In this document: positions 16,080 to 28,478 of the stretch, one piece after another
Layout: every line of letters begins with the position of its first letter
Numbering within the stretch: the stretch's first letter is position 1
From: Eledone cirrhosa
Taxonomy: Eukaryota
Assembly (NCBI GenBank): GCA_964016885.1
Contig: OZ024741.1
Coordinates: 206,894,001 to 206,958,000 of the forward strand
DNA length: 64,000 nucleotides
Direction of reading: 5' to 3'
The notes under the pieces: generated by a model
Database searches by the model: none
What the model was told of the DNA's origin: nothing
The model's input: the letters and a program-made list of their open reading frames with translations, nothing else
Made by a program: the position numbers and the translations under genes

Positions 16080-17434
16080 GTATGTGTATGTTCTTCTGGT
16101 TTTATAATTTCACAAATTTTTTCGCAATAGAGAGAGAGTCGGTTTCTAACATAGACACAAGACTCTCTAATTGGAATTTACACATCAACTAGACTATGTA
16201 TGCATATAATGTGTAGATATGGATGTTATTGTATGTGTGGATGTGTATGTTTTGAGTTGTATGCGTGCATGTGTATATGCTTTGTATCTGTACATGTGTA
16301 TATGCAGTTATTAGATGCAAAATGTTTGGAATGTTTTACATATTTTTACTGTTCCATTAATGGATTGTACTTGTAATTTCCTAACTAGTTGTGTTCTTTC
16401 TGTTCCTGTGAAGCCTAGCTTCTCAAGATTTGTATTGAGGCAGTTACTAACATACCCCAGTGCCCTAATAATCACAGGCATAAATCTGAAGGTGTAATCA
16501 GGGTGGAGTATCTGCAGATTTCTCATCGGTATTCTCTGCATAAATATTCTCCCTTTCGCTAATCTTTGATATTATATTGGCATCTGCTGGGCAGCTAATT
16601 TCCACTACAGTGCATGCTTTTTTCTCCCTGTCCCATATCATATCTGGTCTGTTATGCCTGCATTTTATTGGGGTTTTTACTGGAACATTCCACCAGTATT
16701 CTTTCATATTATATACATGGATGTCTTCCACATTGCTGTAGCTTTTAATGTGTTTATTATCGGGGCTATCTTTTTTACGAACTGCATTGTACAGTGTTTT
16801 GGCCACTACATCATGCCTCATAGGTAGATAGTACCACGATGACATCTTTGGACAGCTGCTGATGACATGGGTGATATCCTCGATGTTAGTTCTGCAGAGT
16901 CTGCACTTTTTATCACATCTAGGTGTTTTGCCTGCATCCCTATCTCTTTTGTAAATCAGGTATTGGATTGCGAAAGCGTATCCTTCAAAGTGGGAGCCAA
17001 TATAGCGGTTGTTGGTCCAAGATACATTACTTTACTTATCTATATTACTCTCACTCTGGAGCTTCCTGGCAACATATCCATGCATGATTTTTTTGCTGAT
17101 AAGCTTGCAGTTTTTCATCCATGGATTAACTGCGATACTGCTGAGCGACTTCTCTGGGTGTGAGTTTTTGGTTATCACACAGGGAATATCTCTCGAGGAG
17201 TTCCTTCCCAACTCTCATGATCTTATCTGTTTCATGCAGATAGACTTGCTCGAGAGACGGGCTCCTACGCTTCGAGGTTCGTAGATGTTGTCGGAGAGAT
17301 ATGATGCGCATTCAAATGCTGTCTGGACTGATGTTAGGCCTCTGCTTCCCTGCTTACGTTTCAAGTAAAGGCGGTCTATGCCACTGTTGATGTGGAAGTT
17401 TCCGGTGTTGTTTAGTATTTTTCGAGTTCCAATA
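16080..17434 (-). mobile_element. R4/Hero-like non-LTR retrotransposon 3' part (CCHC knuckle plus restriction-like endonuclease), decayed
   Basis: LYLKRKQGSRGL, CRLC..HVISSC, RHDVVAK, RPD..D...VVEISCP; further fragments at 36340-36520 (-) and 44462-44920 (+). Confidence 0.85.
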
Positions 17435-17674
17435 TCAACTGCTCAGATTTCGTCTATCGCCCAATTGAGTATTCCAAACGTTGGTGTTAGGACAGGCACA
17501 GCAAACACATTGTGACCCACTGTTTTGTTTTGCGCAGAGAGTTCCGATGATCAAATCTTTCTTAATCGGGTGTAGTATTCCCTGTATGTATGTATGAACG
17601 TATGTATGTATGTACGTATGTGTACATATATGTATATATATATATATATAAACATACACACACACACACATATA

Positions 17675-17706
<32 letters not shown>

Positions 17707-17797
17707 TGAATCATGCACGAAACGTCCATGTAAATAGACATTTCTGTGGCCTCACAATATATATATATGTGTGTGTGTGTGTGGGGTGGGGGGGTGT

Positions 17798-17850
<53 letters not shown>

Positions 17851-17878
17851 TGCGTGCGTGTGTGTATGTGTGGTGTAT

Positions 17879-18112
17879 ACTAAGAATAATAAAAAGGACG
17901 AAGTGTTAGGTCTTCATTATGTTTATTGAGCTGTGACATTCGTTTCGCGATTCCTCAGCTCGTTACCATAACAGAAGACCGACGAGCTTTTGATTCCACA
18001 GTGGGGCCATATAGGTACAGATAAAAGCTTGAGTTGATCTATCGCGAAACGCGCGTCACAATTCAATAAACATAATGACGACCTAACACTTCGTCCTTTT
18101 TATTATTTTTAG
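17879..18112. mobile_element. Fold-back insertion (about 75-bp arms) with HHR 3' half GAAA-CGCGCG-UC
   Basis: Arms AATAATAAAAAGGACGAAGTGTTAGGTC and reverse complement; GAAACGCGCGTC at 18046-18057. Confidence 0.7.
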
Positions 18113-18118
18113 CATTAC

Positions 18119-18327
18119 AGGCAGTATCGGTAGAGGGTCTGACGCCATGCTTTGCAGCATAGAGTTACGGCCCTTTATAATCTGAGTTCAACTCCTGCCA
18201 AGGTTAACTTTACCTTTCATCCTTACAGGGTCGATAAAATAAGGTACCATCACGCCCTACAGTCGAGTAAATCGACATTTCCCTCCCCCAAAATTGCTGG
18301 CATTGTGCCTATATTAGAAACCATTAC
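18119..18327 (+). mobile_element. tRNA-derived SINE
   Basis: A/B boxes and family body. Confidence 0.85.
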
Positions 18328-18433
18328 TTTTAGTATTACACACTGCTTTAGTGCTACACTAATGTACCTACTGGAAACTACGCATCGAGTGCTCACTCTG
18401 GTGAACCTACCGTATCTGGACGTTACAATCCCG

Positions 18434-18481
<48 letters not shown>

Positions 18482-18485
<4 letters not shown>

Positions 18486-18739
18486 ATAATAATAAATTTC
18501 AAGACTAAAATCCAAAGAGGGCTCGATAAGGATAACTATATATCAAATATATAAGAACCGTAGAGCAAATATTTATTAAAATAACAGATTAAAGTTTAAG
18601 CAAAGAATCGCTGCTTTCACCCTTAACGGGATCTTCTGAAACTAACAAAGTCAATAAAAAATGTTAGTTTCAGAAGATCCCGTTAAGGGTGAAAGCAGCG
18701 ATTCTTTGCTTAAACTTTAATCTGTTATTTTAATAAATA
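18482..18739. mobile_element. Family B PLE 3'-end fold-back with two variant HHRs (18593-18643 minus, 18666-18716 plus)
   Basis: Perfect inverted arms of about 77 bp; AGTTT-CAGAAGA-TCCC/GGGT-GAAA-GCA..TGC-UU-AAACT; matches 3' end of the PLE at 50330-50911. Confidence 0.75.
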
Positions 18740-18847
18740 CAGTTCCCCAGTGAATTAACAACCCAACAAGGAACTGGGCATATCAGAGTATTGACAATAT
18801 CATACACCTAAACAACATATGTACTTTTCTATACCATACTAATTCAA

Positions 18848-18902
18848 ACTGCCTGAAGAGGTCACAGCCAAAGATGGCTGTCACTGAAATATATATAGCA
18901 GT
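18848..18902 (+). ncRNA. Minimal type I hammerhead ribozyme
   Basis: Stem I ACTGC/GCAGT, CUGAAGA 18853-18859, stem II GGTCACAGCCA/TGGCTGTCACT, GAAA, TATATA palindrome, AUA cut after 18897. Confidence 0.85.
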
Positions 18903-18946
18903 AATAAACGAAGCTAAATTTTAATCATTTGACTTTTATTTAACTT

Positions 18947-18982
<36 letters not shown>

Positions 18983-18986
<4 letters not shown>

Positions 18987-19623
18987 ATAATAATAAAATT
19001 GAAGACTAAAATCCAAAGAGGGCTCGATAAGGAAAATATATATCAAATATATAAAAACCGTAGAGCAAATATTTATTAAAATAACAGATTAAAGTTTAAG
19101 CAAAGAATCGCTGCTTTCACCCTTAACGGGATCTTCTGAAACTAACAAAGTCAATCTGTAAACGCAGAACTGGATATTTCAAAAAACGTTGCAACCGGAG
19201 GAAGACAGGAAGACGATACTTTGGTTCGTGGAAACGTTCGCTGGCAAAGAACGGGAAAAAACGAATAATTAATAGAAGCGGTGAAAAACAATTACGCGCA
19301 AAGACAGAAACACGTTTATGGTATAAAAGAGGTCGTAGACTAATGTTCTCTTAGGTGGTGCATAGAGACGTTCTCTGGCAATGAACGAAAAAACGAAGAT
19401 AATAAGTCATATGTGGAGCGGGTGTTTGCGTGTATGTATTTATTTGTTTCTATTACTTCTGTATTGTATTTATTTACTTTGTTCTTAACTCTGTAGCGGA
19501 GATTCATTTGGTCTTCTAGTTAGAATTTTAGTCTACGACTTCTGCTATACCATTTACGTAGTTTTGTCTTTGCGTGCTATTGTTCTCCACGCTCCACATA
19601 TGACTTATTATCTTCGTTTTTTC
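18983..19623 (-). mobile_element. Family B PLE 3' end with inverted part; variant HHR at 19093-19143
   Basis: Reverse complement of 50460-50911, 3' end abutting (TA)n; 19470-19623 is the inverted arm. Confidence 0.8.
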
Positions 19624-20299
19624 GTGAGAGAGAGAGATAACCTTTAATACTGAGAAATACTGTCTCACAGAGAAAAATAAAAAAAAAAACGTTGTAAGAT
19701 AATACATAATTTCCATGCTCGTATTAAATCTATTATTTACTTTTTCCTATTACAATATATAGAAACAAACTTAGACCCTAATTAATTCCTCTAAGTTCAA
19801 AATTCATTTAACCTTTTCTTCATTCACCTTATCTTCTTAATATATTTTATTTTAATAATACATTTTAATAAATTCCTTTTCGCACATCTTATTAAACCCT
19901 TCAATATATAAACCTTAAATAAATAGTATTCTTAATTCCTTTTTCTTTAATCATAAGCATCACCATTCATAAACCTCATTAACTTTTAATTTCTTAATTT
20001 TTTTTAAATTATGTATTATCTTGCAACGTTTTTGTTATTTTTCTCTGTGACAGTGTTTCTCAGTATTAAAGGTTATCTCTCTTTCACTCATTTTCCCCTC
20101 CTCTCTCATCCTTCCTTCTTATACTCCTCCTCCGTCATCCTCTCATTATTATATTTTTTTCTTCTATCTATATTTTTTCTCCCTCTTCCTTACCTTTTCT
20201 TTCCCCCTTCCTTTCCTTTTTTTCAATCTCATATATCCCTCTTATTTTATTTTTTCATATGTTGATTTAACACTTCACTGCTCGCATATCATGTCTCCA

Positions 20300-20370
20300 T
20301 ATTTTATCTGATGAGAACGCAAATATCATCCCATGATGATATTTGTTTTTGAAATGTGCATAATAAAATA
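20300..20370 (+). ncRNA. Minimal type I hammerhead ribozyme (family C-related)
   Basis: Stem I TATTTTAT/ATAAAATA, CUGAUGA 20308-20314, 12-bp stem II core GCAAATATCATC/GATGATATTTGT, GAAA, ATGTGCAT, AUA. Confidence 0.85.
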
Positions 20371-20585
20371 CATGGCACTCTTTTAACCATCTACATATGT
20401 AGAATATACTCAAAGATTCCAATGAATAGATCCGAGGATTTTATATCAACTAGAAATTGATTGACATATATATATATAAAATAAACATATGAAACAATCA
20501 CAGGGAATAATTTGTAAAGTGTGTAAGCACACACAGCTAGGTAGGTAACTAACTAAAGTTTAACTGGAACTTCATATGTTTATTT

Positions 20586-20676
<91 letters not shown>

Positions 20677-21245
20677 CAATTTCTAGTTGATATATATACA
20701 TTTTGTCATTGAGCACTTTGTAAAAGTTATTTCACGAAAAACACATTCACATTATAGCGAATCCCGCTGAGGTTAACTTTGCCTTTCATAAAATTAAGTA
20801 CCAGTAATACACTGGTATAATTTCTAGCAATTATAGCTAGCTACAATATAATCTATTTCAAACAGTAATACCACTATGGGATTTATTGTTAATTCTGAAA
20901 GTAGATCCTTTTCAAATGCATAAAATTTTACATATATAGAGATAAGATAATATATTTATCGAATTTTGAGCTGATCTCTGTAGATTCGCAAGTATTTTAT
21001 AAAACCCTGGCAAATCAGAAACATATAAAATGAAGTTCATACTCTCAACGTAATTATTCTATCACATGGTGACAAAGGCAGTACATGTATACATAGCTGT
21101 ATTAATAATGTATATAATTCTTTTGCACATTTGTACTAGAGCCACATATCCATCTTCAGGAATAGAATGTATAGAATATGGATGTTTACATTAATCTATA
21201 CATCCTGATTTATTGTCCCCGCGTTTTCCTGTTTAAGATACACAT

Positions 21246-21302
<57 letters not shown>

Positions 21303-21521
21303 AATACATACGTAACTGTGTTTAGATGGATAGGGGCTAATAAAAGAAGCTCCCTGCACGCATACAGCAATATACTTGCACATACATGTTAAGAAGGAGT
21401 GTAATTTTCCACCAAGGGTGAGATTGGAAAAGATGAGTTGTTCTCAAAAAGAGTTTCTGGCAAAACAACTGCAAAATAAGGCAGTCAATAGATAGATACA
21501 GACATAACAATACAGATATCC

Positions 21522-23436
21522 AGATGGGTAGGTGGGTAGATGGGTAGGTGGGTAGATGGGTAGATGGCTAGATGGGTAGATGGGTAGGTGGCTAGATGGG
21601 TAGGTGGGTAGGTGGCTAGATGGGTAGGTGGCTAGATGGGTAGGTGGGTAGGTGGGTAGGTGGTTAGATGGGTAGATGGGTAGGTGGCTAGATGGGTAGG
21701 TGGGTAGGTGGCTAGGTGGCTAGATGGGTATGTGGCTAGATGGGTAGATTGGTAGGTGGGTAGATGGGTAGGTGGGTAGATCGGTAGGTGGCTAGATGGG
21801 TAGATGGGTAGGTGGCTAGATGGGTAGATGGGTAGGTGGGTAGATGGGTAGATGGGTAGGTGGCTAGATGGGTAGATGGGTAGGTGGCTAGATGGGTAGA
21901 TGGATAGGTGGCTAGATGGGTAGATGGGTAGGTGGCTAGATGGGTAGATGGGTAGGTGGCTAGATGGGTAGATGGATAGGTGGCTAGATGCGTAGATGGG
22001 TAGGTGGCTAGATGGGTAGATGTGTAGGTGGGTAGATACGTAGATGGGTAGATGGGTATGTGGCTAGATGGGTAGATTGGTAGGTGGGTAGATGGGTAGG
22101 TGGGTAGATCGGTAGGTGGCTAGATGGGTAGATGTGTAGGTGGCTAGATGGGTAGATGGGTAGGTGGCTAGATGGGTAGATGGGTAGGTGGGTAGATGGG
22201 TAGATGGGTAGGTGGCTAGATGGGTAGATGGATAGGTGGCTAGATGGGTAGATGGGTAGGTGGCTAGATGGGTAGATGGGTAGGTGGCTAGATGGGTAGA
22301 TGGATAGGTGGCTAGATGCGTAGATGGGTAGGTGGGTAGATGGGTAGATGTGTAGGTGGGTAGATACGTAGATGGGTAGGTGGGTAGGTGGCTAGATGGG
22401 TAGATGGGTAGGTGGGTTGATGGGTAGATGGGTAGATGGGTAGGTGGGTAGATGGGTAGATGGGTAGGTGGGTAGGTGGGTAGATGGCTAGATGGGTAGA
22501 TGGGTAGGTGGCTAGATGGGTAGATGGGTAGGTGGGTAGATGGGTAGGTGGGTAGGTGGGTAGATGGCTAGATGGGTAGATGGGTAGGTGGCTAGATGGG
22601 TAGATGGGTAGGTGGCTAGATGGGTAGATGGGTAGGTGGCTAGATGGGTAGATGGGTAGGTGGCTAGATGGGTAGGTGGGTAGGTGGGTAGATGGCTAGA
22701 TGGGTAGATGGGTAGGTGGCTAGATGGGTAGATGGATAGGTGGCTAGATGGGTAGATGGGTAGGTGGCTAGATGGGTAGATGGGTAGGTGGGTGGAAGCG
22801 TAGATGGGTAGGTGGGTAGATGGGTAGATGGATAGGTGGCTAGATGGGTAGATGGGTAGGTGGCTAGATGGGTAGATGGGTAGGTGGGTAGATGCGTAGA
22901 TCGGTAGGTGGCTAGATGGGTAGATGGGTAGGTGGGTAGATGGGTAGATGGGTAGGTGGGTAGATGGCTAGATGGGTAGATGGGTAGGTGGGTAGATCGG
23001 TAGGTGGCTAGATGGGTAGATGGGTAGGTGGGTAGATGGGTAGATGGGTAGGTGGGTAGATGGCTAGATGGGTAGATGGGTAGGTGGGTAGATGGGTAGA
23101 TCGGTAGATCGGTAGGTGGCTAGATGGGTAGGTGGGTAGATGGGTAGATGGGTAGGTGGGTAGATGGCTAGATGGGTAGATAGGTAGGTGGGTAGATGGC
23201 TAGATGGGTAGATGGGTAGGTGGGTAGATGGGTAGATGGGTAGGTGGGTAGATGGGTAGATGGGTAGATCGGTAGGTGGCTAGATGGGTAGATGGGTAGG
23301 TGGGTAGATGGGTAGATGGGTAGGTGGGTAGATGGCTAGATGGGTAGATGGGTAGGTGGGTAGATGGCTAGATGGGTAGATGGGTAGGTGGCTAGATGGG
23401 TAGATGGGTAGGTGGGTAGATGGGTAGGTGGGTAGA
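21522..23436. repeat. 1.9-kb octamer minisatellite (AGATGGGT/AGGTGGGT/AGGTGGCT variants)
   Basis: Direct reading; 8-bp register kept throughout. Confidence 0.97.
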
Positions 23437-23918
23437 CGAATATTTGTTAAAAAAATGAGCGTGAATGTATTGAGTAGTTTCTTTACTCCAACTGGGTATC
23501 TAACATGCCATATACCGTTTGTCCAGTCCACTCAGCAATAGCCAGGGCAGAACCATGCGATGGATTAGCGCCCTCTTGTGGAGAGTCTTGTATTTTCCGT
23601 TGCTTAACGAGATAAGTGGAAAATAAAGAAAATTTCTTGGTACAGTAAGATATATCTATCAATAACCACTCGTTGTAAAGCATACATACACACATACACA
23701 CATACACACATACACGCATACACGCACACACACATACACGTATATATATATGTAAAAGAGAGAGAGAGAGAGAAGTAGAACATGATGTTTCCTAATGACT
23801 GTTAGAAAGAAAGAATACGTTTGTAGAATAAAACTTTATCAATGGAATCGGGAGCTCAAAAGGGTAAAGTTCAATGTGTGGTACAGAACCTTTCAATTCC
23901 ACTATTATACGTGTATCC

Positions 23919-23999
<81 letters not shown>

Positions 24000-24015
24000 C
24001 ATGTGTGTGTGTGCA

Positions 24016-24046
<31 letters not shown>

Positions 24047-24271
24047 GCGTGTGTGTGTGTGTGCGTGTGTGTGAATCACTGAAAGAAAATATAGTACTGA
24101 ACACTGAATGTGTTAAGCTTCAAGAAGCGGAACATTTAGTCACAGTCTGGAAGTAGCAAGAGCTCAGCCGTCGGGTTCCCACTTTTTATAATATAGTCAT
24201 ACTCTATTACCCCCAATATCGAGTACTCTGTTGAGTAATGGTCTAACCATTTTCAAACTGGTTCCATACTG

Positions 24272-24432
24272 GTTCTACTTTTGGCACGAGGCCAGCAATT
24301 ATCCCAGTGTATGACTGGTACTTTATTTTATCGACCCTGTAAGGACGAAAGGCAAAGTTAACCTCGGTGGGATTTGAACACAGTCCGTTAAAGGCCGTAA
24401 CTCTCTGCTGCAGAGTATGGCGTCCGACCCCT
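24272..24432 (-). mobile_element. tRNA-derived SINE, head truncated at a TA tract
   Basis: Reverse complement of the family body. Confidence 0.85.
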
Positions 24433-24444
24433 TTATATATATAT

Positions 24445-24921
24445 GAATGTAGGTATAGTATATTTGATAATATACTGTATGTTTATTTTAAAACATTTAG
24501 AAGACCATTCGCTATGAGTTTTAAAGTAGTGACTATGTCACTTATTTAGTCTCGGCAAAAATAAAGGGAAGCAACCGACGGCAGTTTCTTGCTCGTTAGC
24601 GGTTATCAACATTGCATATCCCTTCACTTCCGCCAAGACTTATAGAAGCTGGATTCTTATAGAATTCCACTGATGTTTAAGAATTGATTAAACAGAGTAG
24701 TTGCCGGTCCAGCAAAAATTAGGAATTAGTATCAGTGCTCTGAAATAGCGATGTATGTATGAATGTATGTTTTGTCGAGACGAAGTAAGTGACATAGTCA
24801 CTACTTTAAAACTCATAGCGAATGGTCTTCAAAATGTTTTGAAATAAACATACAGTATATTATTAAATATACTATACATACATTCATACATACATCGCTA
24901 TTTCAGAGCACTGATACTAAT
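24445..24921. mobile_element. Diverged relative of the 311-bp retrozyme: one 316-bp monomer (minus) plus about 150-bp inverted arm, decayed HHR at 24571-24615
   Basis: Shared blocks TGCTCTGAAATAGCGAT, GTTGCCGGTCC, CTGTATGTTTAT, GAAGACC; minus strand TTGATAA..GAAA-CTGCCG-UC-GGTTGC. Confidence 0.85.
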
Positions 24922-25316
24922 ATATATATATATATATATTTAAAGTGAACAGGCTACTAGGAAAAACTATGCAAGATTTGTTGAAATTCGAAGAAAGATT
25001 TATAAACCTATGTACCATAATTGATGATACATCTCATAGTATCAAGATACTTATGTTGCACAACTCCACCGACCACGTTGAGCAAAATTAATCGGTAAGC
25101 TGCCACTTTAACTTTTTGTCACACATATTCACTTTACACAAATGCGAATTAACAAACATAAACATGATACACAGTAGTAGATAGTCGTTTAGCAAATATA
25201 TTCAACAATGTCCATACGCTTTGAATACTTTTTATCTTATGTTAAATCAATGGTATTGGAATAACTTTTAGGTAGACTCACACATTTATATATTATAAAA
25301 TATTCTGACACACAAT

Positions 25317-25590
25317 CACGAGCCTTGTTTCAGGGGCGGGAGTGAGGTGTAAAAGAGGACAAGTCCCCCCACCCTCAAATCATCTATGTTTTATGTTTGT
25401 TTATTTGATATAATAAATTCTTTTTAAGCTTATTTTTTCATATCTGAACTTCATTTGAATATATAAAATTTAATTAGCGTAAAATTTTACTTATGTGATA
25501 GTGTCCGGGAATGGCACCATAAGCAATACTTTAAGAATCAGCAAATATTGGTTTGTCCCCCTCACATTTTTAATGTAAACGGGGCCCCTG
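25317..25590. mobile_element. hAT-like MITE
   Basis: 8-bp direct repeat CACACAAT at 25309-25316 and 25591-25598; imperfect TIRs CACGAGCCTTGTTT vs CAGGGGCCCCGTTT. Confidence 0.7.
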
Positions 25591-25647
25591 CACACAATCA
25601 ACAAATTATATTAATTTATTCAATATAATGAATTATCTTATCTCATC

Positions 25648-25832
25648 AGTGGATTGGCAGTATCGGTAGAGGGTCTGACGCCATGCTTTGCAGCAAAGAG
25701 TTACGGCCCTTTATGGTTTGAGTTCAAATCCCGCCGAGGTTAACTTTGCCTTTCATCCTTACGGGGTCGATAAAATAAAGTACCAGTAATACACTGGGAT
25801 AATTGCTGGCCTTGTGCCAAAAGTAGAAACAA
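25648..25832 (+). mobile_element. tRNA-derived SINE
   Basis: A box, B box GAGTTCAAATCC, family body and tail. Confidence 0.9.
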
Positions 25833-26175
25833 CTATAATATATTAATTTTCTTAAATAAATTACTCTTATATATCTTGGCCATATATAAAATATCCCTTA
25901 AATACGTGTAAATGGTTAACATATATTAATTCAAATATATCTTCTTCGCAACAATATTTCGATAATTGATAGTCTACTTTATAAATTTAACATCGGTTCA
26001 ACTCATTAAATTACCCCCCTTTTAACATCTGAAATGATATTCTGAAACACGTAAATATTTGTTTATTTTAATACTAATATACTCTTCCCAGAGTATATTA
26101 GTATTAAATAACATAATTATATATTATCGATTATTTGATAATTAACATAATAGGTAGAACATCTCTGTAACATTA

Positions 26176-26214
<39 letters not shown>

Positions 26215-26643
26215 CTGTGTATAAGTTCATGTTTCATAATATAACTTTAGGTCTGCAGTAAATATCTTTTAACCCTATTATAATCGTTGGATTGCCCAGC
26301 TAACGATGACTATTGCTTTGTTAAAACACTATATATTCAAATTCATTTTAGGAAAACATTTAATACAAATGACACCATTTTTTAAAAGTATAAATTACAA
26401 TTCATTCTAGGTAATACAACTTTTAACGCAACCGACACTATATTTTCTGGACTACGATGTTTTTTAACTACATTTGTAACTGTAATTTTGATGAATGTTA
26501 TAAATTATCTGTTTTTGTTTCCTGAGTGAATTTTATTGGTATTTTAATTAAACTCTGACCCCACTCATAGTCTACGTTCACTAATGTCAAATTTTTATAT
26601 AAAATGATTTGCTATATGTGGTACAATAGCAATTATCAGAAGA

Positions 26644-26700
<57 letters not shown>

Positions 26701-26721
26701 ATTGCATGAACAGTACATTTC

Positions 26722-26779
26722 CGGAATATACGTGTTTCATTGGGTGAATCTAACAGACTCGATCAGATCTTCAGTTCAG
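26722..26779 (-). ncRNA. Degenerate minimal hammerhead in fold-back insertion (about 26700-26990)
   Basis: CTGAA-CUGAAGA..GAAA-CACGTA-UA-TTCC; the plus arm retains GAAA-CACGTG-UA-TTCGG at 26949-26965. Confidence 0.6.
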
Positions 26780-27239
26780 CCGTCTTAGAATTTTTGCTCA
26801 TCCAATTTCACGGAAGTCCCTTAAGGCACTTGGATATGTCTAGTGCTCACCACATAGAGTAGGTTTTCAAACATACGTGTGCCTCAAATGCATGCATTAA
26901 AAAATTGCGAAACAGAAAATCTGAACGGGTCACTAAAACTCACCCAGTGAAACACGTGTATTCGGAAAATATTCAGTTGATGTAATAAAAAAATATATAA
27001 TAGAACTTGCCCCTTGGATTGAACGCGCGGCAAACTTTGGATATTCATTACGAAATTCAATTGCACGATATACCGGGTTGCTTAGTTCATTCAGGACATT
27101 TGCATGAATTTAGTAAATGACACATACGACATGCAATAAAAGCTAGATTTGATAAAAAATGGCATAAATATTCTTCAAACTCGTATTGACGGATCTACTC
27201 AATAAATCCGCCATTAATATCGATGACTGCTTCAATAGA

Positions 27240-28030
27240 AAGTCTAAAATATTGACATGCCCGAATCAGATTATCTTTATCTATTTTGGACTGTGTGCTA
27301 GTTATGACGGATTTCAGAGATTCGTATGGCGTTACGAGGGAGTTGATTGCTTTCCTTCTCCTCGACTAAGTCCCATACGTAGTTTTCCAACGTGTTCAGA
27401 TTTAGAAAGCTAGGAGGCTATATGTTTGGCGTGACGTGATTGTGGAGATAGTAACTCATCGATTCTTAGGTGTCATGGTTTTATGAGGCAGCACAGTGTC
27501 TTGTTGATAGGTGTACATGTGTACGGTCTTTCTTTGCTTGCGCTTACTATTCAAGGTTTCATATCCTTTTCCAACACCTCCTTGTAGTCAGCAACATTGA
27601 CCCTCAAGCCATGAGGCAAGAAGTGGGGAGGCATAACATCTCCATCACTGCTCACAACAACCATAATCACCACATTTGCCAGAAGCCTTGTGTGCATGAC
27701 CGTTAGAACATCTTTAAAGTCTCTACATAAGTATTTGTCATTCCTTTGGTAGACCTTTTGGTCCTGATCAATGTATTTCTCATCTGAGAGAAACCCAAGC
27801 ATTGTAGGCTCTTGATGTTTAAACGTGCTCACCAAGAGCTTGCACGGACATCATATGACTTATAACGAATATCCTCATGCACAATCCTTCCGATAGTGTA
27901 TCTTGAAACATTGAGCTCCTAAGAAATGGCGCTAATTAAATTTTCTGGGGTCTCATCGATAAATTTTAGTATCTTTTATACAAATTTGGGTGTTCTTTCA
28001 GAAGCTAGCAATTTCTGAATCACTATGCCT
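27240..28030 (-). mobile_element. Decayed Tc1/mariner transposase (maT/DD37D-like)
   Basis: FLSDEK..DQDQKV..RND, VSSDGDVMPPHF..GLRVN...Y..VL; degenerate WPP.SP.LN motif near 27390-27430. Confidence 0.8.
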
Positions 28031-28243
28031 TTAGGGCAACGATTACATCGTGCCTTTTCATTTACTGAGTTAACTTAATGTCTCTCCTCATTTATCTGAA
28101 AGGAAATGATAATCAGAAGTTAGAAAAAAGAGCTATCAAAAGAGGTGTTTTCAAAGAACTTAATAGCCCTATATATTCAAACTGAGCCTGAACCGATAAG
28201 GTCTGGTTTCTTGGGTATGACGACATTTATAAAACAAATTTTG

Positions 28244-28304
28244 TATTTTATCTGATGAGAGCGTACCAAAATTTTGGTAGCCTTGAAATATATATACTAA
28301 AATA
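28244..28304 (+). ncRNA. Minimal type I hammerhead ribozyme (family C)
   Basis: TATTTTAT-CUGAUGA (28252-28258), stem II TACCAAA/TTTGGTA, GAAA-TATATA-UA, 3' stem CTAAAATA with one mismatch. Confidence 0.75.
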
Positions 28305-28424
28305 AATACGGTTTAATAAATATAGTTTCCATTTATTAATATCATTGATATTATACTCCCGAAAAATTCTGTAGAGTGCTTCGAATCTGTTATAAATAAA
28401 TTTGTTGAATAATATCTATTTGCT

Positions 28425-28478
<54 letters not shown>

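Noticed and set aside
21080-21170. Minus-strand CTGAAGA near a small inverted repeat
   Set aside because: No recognisable GAAA/stem III; at best a badly decayed HHR
21522-23436. Telomeric repeat
   Set aside because: Unit is an octamer, not TTAGGG, and it is interstitial
25648-25740. tRNA gene
   Set aside because: A/B boxes belong to SINE heads that continue into a shared SINE body; no cloverleaf
26025-26062. CTGAAATGA..GAAACACGTA motif
   Set aside because: Core spacing wrong and stems not convincing
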